From: Nymphaea colorata
Lineage: Eukaryota
Length of the DNA: 64,000 bases
Reading direction: 5' to 3'
NCBI RefSeq assembly: GCF_008831285.2
Contig: NC_045138.2
Span: 12,834,001-12,898,000 of the forward strand
A program made the position numbers and the translations under genes. Every line of letters starts with the position of its first letter. Position 1 is the first letter of the stretch. The notes below the pieces were generated by a model. That model was not told the DNA's origin. It ran no database searches and saw only the letters and a program-made list of their open reading frames with translations. Shown piece after piece: positions 15,001-27,870 of the stretch.

Positions 15001-18000
15001 TGCCACTAACACGTTAATACAATCCAACAAACCACCTAAGACTTCTCTGTCCTTCTTAAATGTAGGAGAAAATCTAATTGCAGGATTTAGATAGTAAGCT
15101 GCTGCATGAAGAGGTTGATGAAGTTGTCCAGTTCACCTTTTATCTATAATCTTCTATATGGGCATATATAACTTTTTCTTTCCTTTTAAATTGTCTCGAA
15201 TTGCCTCTTTTGTTTTATCCATAGCTTCATATAAGTACCCTATGGAAGGTTTATCCTCGCTGTCAGCTAACCTGAGAACTTTAATTAATGGAACACAAGC
15301 CTTCAATAGCTTCACACATGATTCCCAAAATTCATTATTGAATACAATATCCACAACTAAAGAAGCATTTCTTTTATGAGCATGTGGATATGTAGCTCAT
15401 TCTTCACTAGCAAACATCTACCTCAAAGGAGTTCTTTGTTTCACCACACTCTGCACAGTCAATACATTTGTGGCAAATCTAGTTTGTGCAGGTTGTATTA
15501 ATTCAACTCTTTTTGTAAACTTTCTCATCAAACTCAATACATATGCATGATTATAGATAAATTTTGTTACCTCTTGACATTGGTCAATGGCTGATTTCAT
15601 ATCATGCATCTCATTAAAATTTTGAAGCATTAGATTAACACAATGAGTGGCACATGGACTCCAAAAAATTGTTCTATACTTTTGAAATAACAAATCTCCT
15701 GCAGCTTTATAATTTGCATTATCTGTAATAAACTGTACAATGTTTGCAGGTCAAACTTCTTGTACGACATTATCAAAAACATTGAACAAAATCTCAGCAG
15801 TCTTAGGAACATCAGACAAGTCAAGAGATTTTAAGAACATTGTACCTTTAGGGTAATAAACAAAAAAATTTACAAGTTTTCTTGACCTTGTATCAGTCCA
15901 TCCATCTAACATAATGGAGCAACCTGTTTCCTTCCAACATAATTTCAACTCATCGCAATGTTCAGACACTTCTTTTACTGTATCCTGAAGAATTTTGCCC
16001 CTCAACTGATGATATGAAGGCATTTTGAATCCGAGGCCTATAGAAGCAATTGCATCTGCCATGGCTTGGAATTGAAAAGAATTAGCTGCATTAAATGGAA
16101 TACATGCATTATAAAACCATTTCCCTACCTTCTTTTGTGCATGATATAGCATATCTTTAGATGTCATAGCAGCACAAATCTGCGGCTGACCACCTGGGCT
16201 ATTACTAACACTAGACCTACCAGTAGGAACTCTACCACTAAGTGGTCGCATACCACGCCTGACCCTAATATCTGTTGTGCCTCTTCTCTTCCTTCCTGTT
16301 ATGCCAGATCGACCTCTTTCATACATGATCCCTCTTCCTCTACGATCTCTACTTCTTGAGGTCTCCAAATCTGTTCTTAGACTGCTATCATCTTCATCAT
16401 CACATTCATAAGGTTCTTCCTCTTCTTCTTCATCTTCCAAAGGCTCATTATAGCCTACATCTGCTTCTTCAATTTCTTTTTGTATCCTCTTTTGACGTAA
16501 AACATGAAGCATATCTAAACATTGCTGACGCACAAATGGAGGCAAAGGTTTGTTTGGTTCTCCAACACAAGGAGACACATCTTTGGAGGTCCCTGTCAAA
16601 TGGTGTTTCATTCTACCAACCTCCTGAAAATGTATTCCCACAAAAGCTACATTTGAGTTTCAAGCGGTTATTCTCCTTCACCCTTTTGCATCATTGCCAT
16701 GTATGATCCATATCTTAAAAAAAAACGAAATCCTATGGTAAACTTAATGAAAAACATTCAAAATCTTTCAATCTATGATTGTACGGTAAAAAATTATGAA
16801 TATATGGTAAAAACATGAGATTTCATACCTTACGAAGAAGAAATGAAGAAAACCCCTTTCCTCCCAACGAAAATCAACCACCTACGCACAAATCGACCCC
16901 TTAATCTTCGATTTCATGGTGAAAATCAACTTTTTGATGGTGAAAATGGACGATCACCCTCCTTGACGGCAGTATCCGAGCGTGAGAAATGAAGAACGGA
17001 GGGTGTTTTTCAAAAAGAAGTCGAATAAGTAGGTCTCGGGCGGGTTTCTGCGAAATCAATCCGTCTCATACGATACGGGGTGTATCACCCCGTATCGTAC
17101 GAGACGGGCCCTGTATCGCACGATACGTGCGATACAGGAATGATCCACCCCCTATTTACGATACGGGGAGTGTATCGTACCGTATTTTCAAAATAGTACG
17201 ATACGTATCGTACGATACGCACAACATTGATTAATACTTTCTTTTTGTCACTTTTAGTTTATTTAGTTTTATTTATGTTTTCCTATTAGTTTCTGATTTA
17301 TTTCATTTATACATAATCTTTTTATTCTTTCAAAGTTTTCCGAGTTTTTTTTGAGATTTTCTCCCAAAAAAAATACTGAAAATACCGGAGAAAAATCTCG
17401 CTGTTAAAAACCAAGAACGATATATGTGACAATGGTTTGAAGATCCTTAAAAAAACATGAGATCTAATGCCTTAACAATAGTAGGTCAGGGGAATGAAGT
17501 ATGGCATAGATTTTGATCATCTTAATGGGATGGGATTTGATTACAAAAAGGCCTTTGAAGCTGTACCTAGTGCCGTGACATCTTTATCCATTGCCTCCAT
17601 GAGAAACGGCTACCTTCAAAATTGATATATGTGAGCAATAATATTTCGATTGAGGGAGGTTCCTGTTAAGGCGAGCCATTCACTCATAAACCAATTGAAA
17701 CTTATTCAGCATAAACACTAAGCCTTGTGATTTCATCTATTTACAGTATATATCCTTTTTACTCGAATGCTACCAGCATGGCATGTAATAATTCTTGAAA
17801 CTGATGACAGCAACATGGAAAGGGCACATTTTCGATTTCAGATCATGCATTTACTTTTGTTTCTACGATTTCTGACAGTTATATTTTTAGAGTGTATTTT
17901 CTCATGTTTTCCTGCTCTAATCATTTTTTCCATTTCTCCCTTCACTTTGTCATGTTCAAGCCACCACTGGCATGTCAAACATCATGCTTGGTTTTCTTGA

Positions 18001-19032
18001 TGGTTATTGCTGCAAATTTATGTTTGTCCAAGTGGTTGATGCATATGAAACCATCAAGTTGAAATTTATTTGCTATTTGAACTTTGATTCTTTGAGATTT
18101 ACGATGAAATTTTATGAAATTTTTTGTCAACCCTTTGTCCTTTTTATATTTTACTGTAGGGTTGGTCCAGATGCATGGTCTCTCCTGTATCCATCAATAC
18201 CAGATAAGCTACAAAAATTATATAATGATGGATATAAGCTGGTTTGATACAATTCTGTCTTTGACATTTGTTCTATTTTTGAAATGGTTGGATTTGTTTG
18301 TAAAATTGTGACACGTTAATGTTTCCTCAGGTAATTTTCACTAATGAGTCTAACATAGAACGATGGAAGAAGGAAAGACAAAAAGCAATTGACTCAAAAA
18401 TTGGCAGACTGAATAGCTTTATTAAGCTTGTCAAAGTTCCAATTCAGGTTGCTCTTAAATACTACGTTTGATTTTTGTAGTCTCTTTTCTTACTGTTTAT
18501 TGTTACAGAATCCGGTTGAAAGTCATATGTTATGTGCTAGTTTTTTTGTTTCTGTCCTGTTTTATGGACTTAACTTTCCGTCTTGGCTGAGCATGACTTT
18601 TATGAAGCATAAATACTGCTAAATGCATGGCTACAATATCATTTTATTTATTCTCCAAAAGTTCTTGAATAATCTTGTTCTATACATTTCATGGAAGGTA
18701 TTCTCCAATAAAGTTTGAAACAAATCCATGTGTGAAGCTTACTCCTATCCTATCTGCAGGTTTTCATTGCTTGTGGGATGCAACAAAAAGATGACATGTT
18801 TCGGAAGCCAAAGCCTGGAATGTGGAGACTAATGGAGCAAAAGTTTAATTCAGGAATTGAAGTTGATATGGAACAGTAAAACTTCTTTGCTTCTCTACTC
18901 AACTTTGTCTTCCCCTATGTTTTTCTTTTCTTTTTCTTAAGTAGTTATTTATAGGATGATTTCGTGGTAAATGTATAAGAAGGTTGCTGAAAATGCCAAT
19001 TTGTCAGCAAAATACACACACACACACACACA

Positions 19033-19089
<57 letters not shown>

Positions 19090-19560
19090 ATGTTGCAAAA
19101 TATTGGGAGAGATGGGAGAGAAGAAAATCATTCATTAATTAACCCTAATCTCTCTTAAATAGAGATTAGATGGTGGCATATGGCATATTGGTGCTCCAAA
19201 ATGGCTGTTGCACCCCTGTTGCACTCATGTCGATGCTGGTGCTGGGTGCTTCTCCGACACAACACATCCGGTGCGGTTGGCTGAATCGAGCCAAAATTGA
19301 CCATTTTAACTGCACACCGGACTAAACTAGCTCTAATGTAAGAAGTTTACATGTAAATATGGATAAATAAGGCTACTAAACAGTTAAATAACTACATACA
19401 AACTGTATTAATGAGAAATTCCCGTCTCTTGATTCTAAATAACTTCAATATAAATTCTAATTTCTAAATAAAACTTCTATCATAAAGACTAAATTTCTCA
19501 TAAGTCATAAACAACTAAACAAGTAAAAATCAAGGTATGGAAAAAATGAAAGTTTTAATA

Positions 19561-19613
<53 letters not shown>

Positions 19614-22600
19614 ATATAATATATATTATATATACACGATTGTACCCATATCTATGTGACGTAGCGTGTGCGCACACATAGACACACACACATATAGCGC
19701 CACACCCGCATTTTTTTTTTTTTTGAAAATTGCCACATCCGCACTGGCACCTTGCACCCATGTGACATAGGTGGCAACAAAGAAAATTACATCTAAGTCC
19801 AACAAATTGAATTAAAAATAATAAAGAAGCCTCTCCCTATTTTAAAGTATTTGCTAATCACTACCTACGGTCTTTTATTTTCTTTCAACACTCTTCCTTA
19901 TGCTGGTGCATATGTATCTAACATTTAGAGAACCCAGAGATAGGTAGAAATTTAGTAAACACATTGGCAATTTAATTGTTAATCAAGACATGAATGATAG
20001 AGATGTTTCTTGCCTGCACCATATCTTTGATGTAGTGACAATTGGCCTTTATATGTTTGGTCCTTTCATAAAGGACTAGATTATTAGCAAGATAGGTGGT
20101 TACTTTGTTGTTACATACACCCTCACTAGAAAAGAGACTTGACCCTCAAGCTAGCACACATTGTCTTTACCCAAATTATCTAGCTGCAGTTTGGCTCATA
20201 GTTCTGTACTCAAATTTTTGCACTCAATCTTGCACCATTGACTGCTTTTCACTCCTCCAACTAATCGGATTTTTCTCAACAAAGATACAAAATCTAGAAA
20301 ATGAATATTCTATCTTCAACTGATCCAACATAGTGAGCATCTGTGAAGGCCATCACATCAAGTGAATTGCTTACAATAGTGCTCTTCTTTGTATCGGCTT
20401 GAGATATTTGAGTACCATCAGGGCTGCTTTCCAATGAAATTTTCTTGGTTTTTCCATAAACTGACTTTACTTTCCCAAAACTAGAGAGATATCGAGGCAT
20501 GTAACTGTAGCATATAGGAGTTTACCAATTGGTGAGCAATATAATTTGCTATCTACCTACTCAAAGTCCACAATATATAGGTGGAGCCGAGTGTCCTTGT
20601 TTCTTGAAGCAAATCAAAAACATTTCGCTTGAGAAAAAACAATACCTTCACTACTTCTTGCAACTTTTATCCCTAAAAAGTACCTAAGAGGACCAACATC
20701 TGTAGTAACAAAGTGCTTATGTAGAATAATAAACTAGATGTCTGTAATGTGGGACTGAATACCATTCATGATTCAGGACATGACAATGTCATTATCCTCT
20801 ACCCATGTAGCATATTTTATGTTTTATTGGTAGGTTTTGGTTCAAGAAGAATATGCTTGTGCCAATGTCCTGACACAGACATAAGAAAAAATCGTAGACC
20901 ATTTTTATAATTATTTTCATCCAATTCAGCAGAAGATCAATATGAAAATGGATTCACAAACACTTTGTGTTCTGCTGGAATATTAGTTTTAGGCTCAGTT
21001 TTGGAGTCCTCCGTTGCCATGATTCAAAACAACCACCACGAACCTGTCAGCAATATTGAAAGCTGCAAGAGACAAAATCTGCCACCCAACAGATGATACT
21101 ATAATGCTTCAGCATTAGGACAGATTTGAGGGAATAAAAGATTCTGAAATAATCTGATCTGAAAAACGCCCACGTCAAGATTCAGCATCACAAATTCAAT
21201 CAAGATAATAATATGTTTATGATCGAGATAATTAAGAAAACACTCCAAATCTGTGCGACAATAATAAAGACTTCAAGATACTAAGCAACCAGTCCAATAA
21301 GAAAAGCAATGCAGTCTAGCAAACAAAAACTCCATGATGTAAGAATCTTTGCTTGTTCACGTCTCTCCGTCTGAAATCAGGTAGAATGAGAAGAAGAAAT
21401 AGAAGAGAAGACAAATGGAGGAAGAGAGTCACCGGCGTTAACAGCCGTGTGATCCTTAATCTATATTAAAGAATTAACCTAATCAGGTTATAACAAAATG
21501 TACACAAATTATATAACATTTACAGAAGTGCCACCGCCTAGTATGTTTAGGCGTGTGGATTAGAAAACAAGTGGATCGGGTCTAAATAGACCCGAGCCTT
21601 CATACGCACAAACAGCCCCCCTCAAGTTGTGCATGAGATTTGACCATGCATAACTTGTTCTTCAATTCCCAAAAGTGCTGCCCTGTGAGTCCTTTAGTAA
21701 AGATATCAGTTATCTGTTCACTGGTGGATATATAAGTAGGCAAAATCTCGGCTTCTTCAACCTTCTGACGGATGAAGTATTGATCAATCTCTATGTGTTT
21801 GGTACGATGATGCAGAATGGGATTGAAGGTAATTTTTATTGCACTTTGATTGTCACATAGTAATGATGACTGGGCAATAGAAAGATTAAGCTCTCCAAGC
21901 AAATGTCGTAACCATGATGCTTCAGCTGTCCCTGCAGCCATTGCTCTGTACTCTGCCTCAGTGCTGGATCGTGCAACAACACGCTGCTTTTTACTGCTCC
22001 AACAAATGAGATTAGAATCAAGAAAAAGACAGAAACCTGAAACTGATCGTCGATCATCGGGATCGCCTGCCCAGTCTGCATCAGTATATGTATATATGCT
22101 ATGTCCAAGAGAAACATTGGGGCATTTTGTGTAGACTAGTCCATCTCCAAGAGAAGCTTTGAGATACCGCAATATCCGCTTAGCGGCATCCATATGTCCT
22201 TCTGTGGGGGCATGCATGAACTGAGAAATCTGATTTACAGCATATACTATGTCTGGGCGAGTAAAAGTGAGGTATTGTAACACACCAACAATGTTGCGAT
22301 AGAATGTAGGATCGGAGTATGCTGCAGTTCCATTAGATGAAGTCAACTTAGTGTTTAGAACACTAGGAGTAGTTATGGGTTTGCAATTAGTCATGTCTGC
22401 CTTGTCCAAAACATTAAGGGTATACTTGTGCTGCGTAAGAGTCAATCTATCATTTGTCCTGTCAAGCTCAACACCCAAAAAATATCGTAATTTGCCGAGA
22501 TCCTTCATCTTGAATTCTTGCTTCAACATATCTTTAACATAGGATATATGTGATGCCGAGTTCCCAGTGATAACAATATCATCAACATATATAAGCAACC

Positions 22601-25600
22601 AAGTGGTAGTTTCTCCGGAATGATAGATAAACAAAGAGTGATCGAGAGAGCTTCGGAGAAAACCAACTTGTTGTATATGATGAGAAAAACGATCGAACCA
22701 TGATCTAGAAGTTTGCTTCAACCCATATAGAGATTTTTGTAATTTACAAACCCATTGTTGAGGATCATGAGTAGTATAGCCAGGAGGTTGCTCCATGTAA
22801 ACCTCTTCCTTAAGAATCCCATGAAGGAATGCATTTTTAAACTGATAAAGAGGCCATCCATATGAGACTGCAAGAGAAATAATCACGCGTATTGTTCCCA
22901 TCTTGATGACTGGACTGAATGTTTCATCATAATCTTCCCCATATTGCTGAGTGAACCCGCGTGCCACAAGACGCGCCTTATGTCGATCAATGCTACCATC
23001 TGGCTTATATTTCAGCTTGTAAACCCACTTGGAACCCACAACATTCTTATCATTTGGACGAGGAACAATCTGCCAAGTTTGACATTCATGCAAGGCTGTC
23101 ATTTCCTCATTCATAGCTTCAACCCAACATTTTTCCTTACTCGCATGGTGATAAGATTTTGGTTCCACCTTTTTGTTGACTTCTGTCATAAACAACTGAA
23201 AATCCAAAGAAAAATTATTATAGCTCACCCATCTATCAATAGGATGTCTCACGCGTTGTGACTGGCGTGGAACTGCGGTTGGATCTGCCGTAGGAACTGA
23301 TCGCGTAGAATACACCAGGCCTGAGAACCGATTATATGTAGGTGGATCATTGGGCTGAGGAAATGGAGGCATGCTGTCCAAGGAGCTACTTATAGGTGTT
23401 TCGGGTTCATTAACAACTTGCTCCTTGTGTTCATTCAACTTTTCCGCCCCTTGTCTTAAGATTTCAGCATGTAACCAAGTATCATAAAACTCATTTTTGT
23501 CCTTGAGTGTTAGAGAAGTTGCCTTGGAGTCCTGTAACCTGCTTTCATAAAAAATAACATGCCGTGAAATATGTACACGCCCAGTTTTAGGGTTGTAACA
23601 TCTATAACCCTTGTAATTTTCTGCATACCCTATAAATCTGCACAAAACAGCACGATCTTGAAATTTGTTTCGTAAGGAAACATCAACATGCACATAGCAC
23701 ACACATCCAAAAACACGTAAATCTTCATAACACGGCTGTTCTTGATGTAATAGAAAAAATGGAGATTTTCCATCAAGCAAAGCCAATGGCAGTCGATTTA
23801 TAGCATGAACAGCTGTATGAAAAGCCTCGGTCCACAATGTCATAGGTAAGTCTGTGTCATGCATCATGCTAAGGGCGCTTTCAACAATATGCCTATGTTT
23901 CCTTTCAGCAATTCCGTTTTGCTGAGGTGTATGGGGGCATGAAGTTTGTCTAGTGATCCCATTATCTAGTAGATACTCAGTAAATTCACTAGAAATAAAT
24001 TCACCACCACCATCACATTGAAAATGCACAATATTGCTGGAATATTTATTCTGAACCAAAGCATGAAATTGAGTGAACAGGCGGAAGACTTCTGATTTGT
24101 GTTTCATGAAATGAATCCAAGTATATCGGGAATATGAATCAATAAAAATAACATAATATCTACTCCCAGAAGAAGAAGGAATTGGAGCAGGCCCCCAAAC
24201 ATCGGAATGTATAGTGTCAAAAGCCTTTGAAGCTCTTTTATTTATTAATTGAAAAGGAAGGGCATGGCTCTTACAGATATGACAACTCGAGCACATGCTG
24301 AACTCACTGACTGAACTCAGACTGGACTTATCTAAGAGCCCGTTTGCAACAAGACTTCGAACAAAAGACTGACTACAATGAGCTAACCGACCATGCCAAA
24401 TGGATGGCTTATTATATTCTGCGACATTGATTTCACTATGAATTGAAAAGGATGGATCTGAAGGGTGAGATTTTGACAACTTTGGAGCTTCTTCAAGAAC
24501 ATACATGTTGCCTTTGCGAGTGCCCTCAGCGAACGTCCTCTTGGTTCGAGCATCCTTGACATAAACAGAAGACGGTGTGAATTCAACAGAGGAGTGAGTA
24601 TCATCAATCAGTTTGGACACTGAGATAATATTTTTCTTGACACTTGGAACAACAAGGACATTCTTTAATGGAATGGAAGAGGAACCCATAGATATTTGTG
24701 CATTTCCAATGTGCGATATTGTGTGATGGGAACCATCTCCCGTGACAACTGAGCCTTGATCTAAATAAGGGAAAACACTAGATAAAGTACCTGTGTCACC
24801 AGTAACATGGGCTGCTGCTCCAGAGTCCACATACCACTCTCCTTGCTCATTTTGCTTCAAGTGGAGCTTAGACAAGGCTGTCATAAGAAGTTGTTGCACC
24901 TCCGATGAAACATTTGATGTTGGATTTGAGCTAGATGAGGATGAAACTGACCCTACTGCTGCCTTGTTTTCACGCCTGACTTGATTATTTTTATTCTGAG
25001 GATTGTGCCAACATTCTGATTTCACATGTCCCCTCTTATTACAATAGAAGCAAGTCGGAACCCTTCTAGATGTGGCGGCAGTAGTATTCATGCCTGGTGG
25101 TGTCGGGAGAATCCCTCTTCCCATTCTTGCCTGAGGAGTCCAATGGCGAGTACGATTCCCTTGCAATGCATGTGTCCCTGTAATCAATACATTGTGGCTG
25201 TTGGGAGAAATCATATTCTGTCGCTGCACACGACTAGCTTCGTGTTGAAATAACTTGGCTTTCAGATCTTCAAAAGATGGAAGGACAGGTAAAACCTCCA
25301 AGGCTGTGCAAAAAATATCAAACTCTGTTCCCAGGCCACTCAAGGCTTGTTGCACTTTGTCTTTATCGCTGACAGGATGTCCAATGGCAACAAGTTGATC
25401 ACTTACGTTTTTTATTTCATTCAGATATTCCAAAACTGTACGCGTCCCACGCTTGATATCCTGAAATTGTCTTCTTAATTGCAGAAACCGTGCTTCCGAT
25501 ACTTGAGAGTACGTAGTGGCAAGGGTAGACCACAATTCTAAAGCTGTTAAATCATCATCAATGCCTCCTAATACCTCCTCTGACAAGGTAGAAGTAATAT

Positions 25601-27822
25601 ATGCAACAAGTGACTGGTCGTGGGCCAGCCAAACATCATATTCAGGATTACTTTCCGTAAGAGTATCATATTCAATGCTAGTTTCACTTCCAGCCGAAGC
25701 CCCAGTAGCTTGATCTCCCACTACGGTCTTCTTCACTTCACGGTAAATATATTTTGGAGGTGCTGGAGTAGTGCCATCGATATGCCCATAGAGTCTATGA
25801 CTTTTAATAAATGGAACAATTTGACGTTTCCAAGTCAAATAGTTACTATGATTCAGTTTTTGGGAGATAAGTTGGGAGAGAAAGCTGGAGGATAGAAGAG
25901 AGGGTGTCCGCTGATCCATGACTGAAGAAAGATGATTAGGGCAGGCAACGTGAGGCAGATTGGTGCAGCAACAGAATTAGGGCAAAAACGAACCGAAATT
26001 AGGGCAAATCAATTTAGGGCAAACGATGAGAGTAAATCACACAAGATTCAAGGCAGAAACCGAAATGAGGGATATCCACGCCAGAAATGAGTACTTAGGG
26101 CAGATTAGGGATAATCACGTCAAACTGAAACCACTCACCGGAGGACGAGGTAACCTGGCTCTGATACCATGTAAGAATCTTTGCTTGTTCATGTCTCTCC
26201 GTCTGAAATCAGGTAGAATGAGAAGAAGAAATAGAAGAGAAGACAAATGGAGGAAGAGAGTCACCGGCGTTAACAGACGTGTGATCCTTAATCTATATTA
26301 AAGAATTAACCTAATCAGGTTATAACAAAATGTACACAAATTATATAACATTTACAGAAGTGCCACCGCCTAGTATGTTTAGGCGTGTGGATTAGAAAAC
26401 AAGTGGATCGGGTCTGAATAGACCCGAGCCTTCATACGCACAAAACTTAACACATGACAGGTCCATGACTTGATTATTGAGAAACGGAGACGAAAGAAGT
26501 TTGTGCAGGCATGATATTTCCAGACCCAAATCCACACTTCAACTTACAGAACTGATATAGATTTGACATCAGAATCGTCCAAAAACAATCAGCAGTGTGA
26601 AGTGAGACATCTACCCAAAATATCACGTCTCCTGGAAGTAGGCATATAGGCAACCAGGGGACTGATTGCTCCATGGAAGTCTTACTGCTCTAAAATAATC
26701 TTCGTATCAGAGGCAGTAAAACAAGCAGTACGAGAGAGAAAAATTGAAGAGACGAAAGTGGAAGAGAAAGAAAGGAAGAAGAAGATTGAGGAAGAGGATA
26801 AAAAAATTTATGCGTCAGAGACTCCCAGGCATGGCAGCTCTGATACCATGTTGCAGAATATTGGGAGTGAAAAATAATTCATTGATTAACCCTAATATCC
26901 CTTAGAATAGAGATGAGGTATGGCTGCAAAGAAAATCACATCTAAATCCAACAAATAATTAAACATATAAAGAAGCCTCTCCCTATTTTATAAAGAAGCC
27001 TCTCCTTATTTTAATGTATGTGCTAATCACTACCTATGTCCTTTATTTACTCTCAACAATTGAATTGCTTGGCCAGAGGAGATGTTGCCACTCTAATTCT
27101 GGTCTTACTTTACACCTTAAATAACGTAATATGCATGTTTTATGCTAGGCGAGATGTACCTTCAATCTGATGTTTCTATAATTTCATGATTGGAGAGAGG
27201 GGATGTTGTAGGAAGTCTCAAGTGGGGATTGGAATCAACTTTGGTTTACCAACTACCATGGACATTACAATTTGGAGTTTGAGTTTCAGGGTCTGCTTTG
27301 TATATTTCATTCTGGATTTGGTTGTTCGCCTCCAATTTGTTGCTTATTTTGTGACTTTTCTATTAAAAAATTCACTTAAAATGTGCCTTTACTTGTCTTT
27401 CAGTTCCTTTTATGTCGGAGATGCTGCAGGGAGAGTCAATGATCATAGTGATGCTGATATAGGTTTTGCTAAGGTGTAGTCTTGCTGTCTCTTATATTTT
27501 TCTTATGCTTATTCATTTGGGTAGTGTAATGTGTTTTCTACTAGATCTTGTCATATACCTGTACATGTTTATCGAAAGCCAGTTTTTCAAAGACCTGGTT
27601 TGCTCCCTAAGAATGCTAGTCCACTGGTGTCTCCTCAGTTGGAACTTTTTTGGTGTATCACCTTTCTTGTCTTTGATCCACATGTCCAGCTAAGCATGTT
27701 TACCCTGAAAAAATATGGTTCTAATTGTTCAATTTTGATTCGGATGTATTTTTATTGTAATGAACATACCTTGTGAAGATAAACTACAAGAAAATAAGTA
27801 GAATGGAAGGAAAGAAGAAGAG

Positions 27823-27870
<48 letters not shown>

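Larger units (their letters stand above)
19091..27058 (-). mobile_element. Older degenerate, internally deleted copia element hosting the 21338-26452 element
   Basis: Diverged LTRs TGTTGCA...TCAACA lie at 19091-19890 (split by a MITE) and 26850-27058. The reverse-complement PBS is at 26838-26849. The minus-strand pol end reads ...MLDTYAPA* near 19900, with RNase H/RT fragments to about 20750. Flanks are TTTGA/ATTGA (4/5 TSD). Confidence 0.8.
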
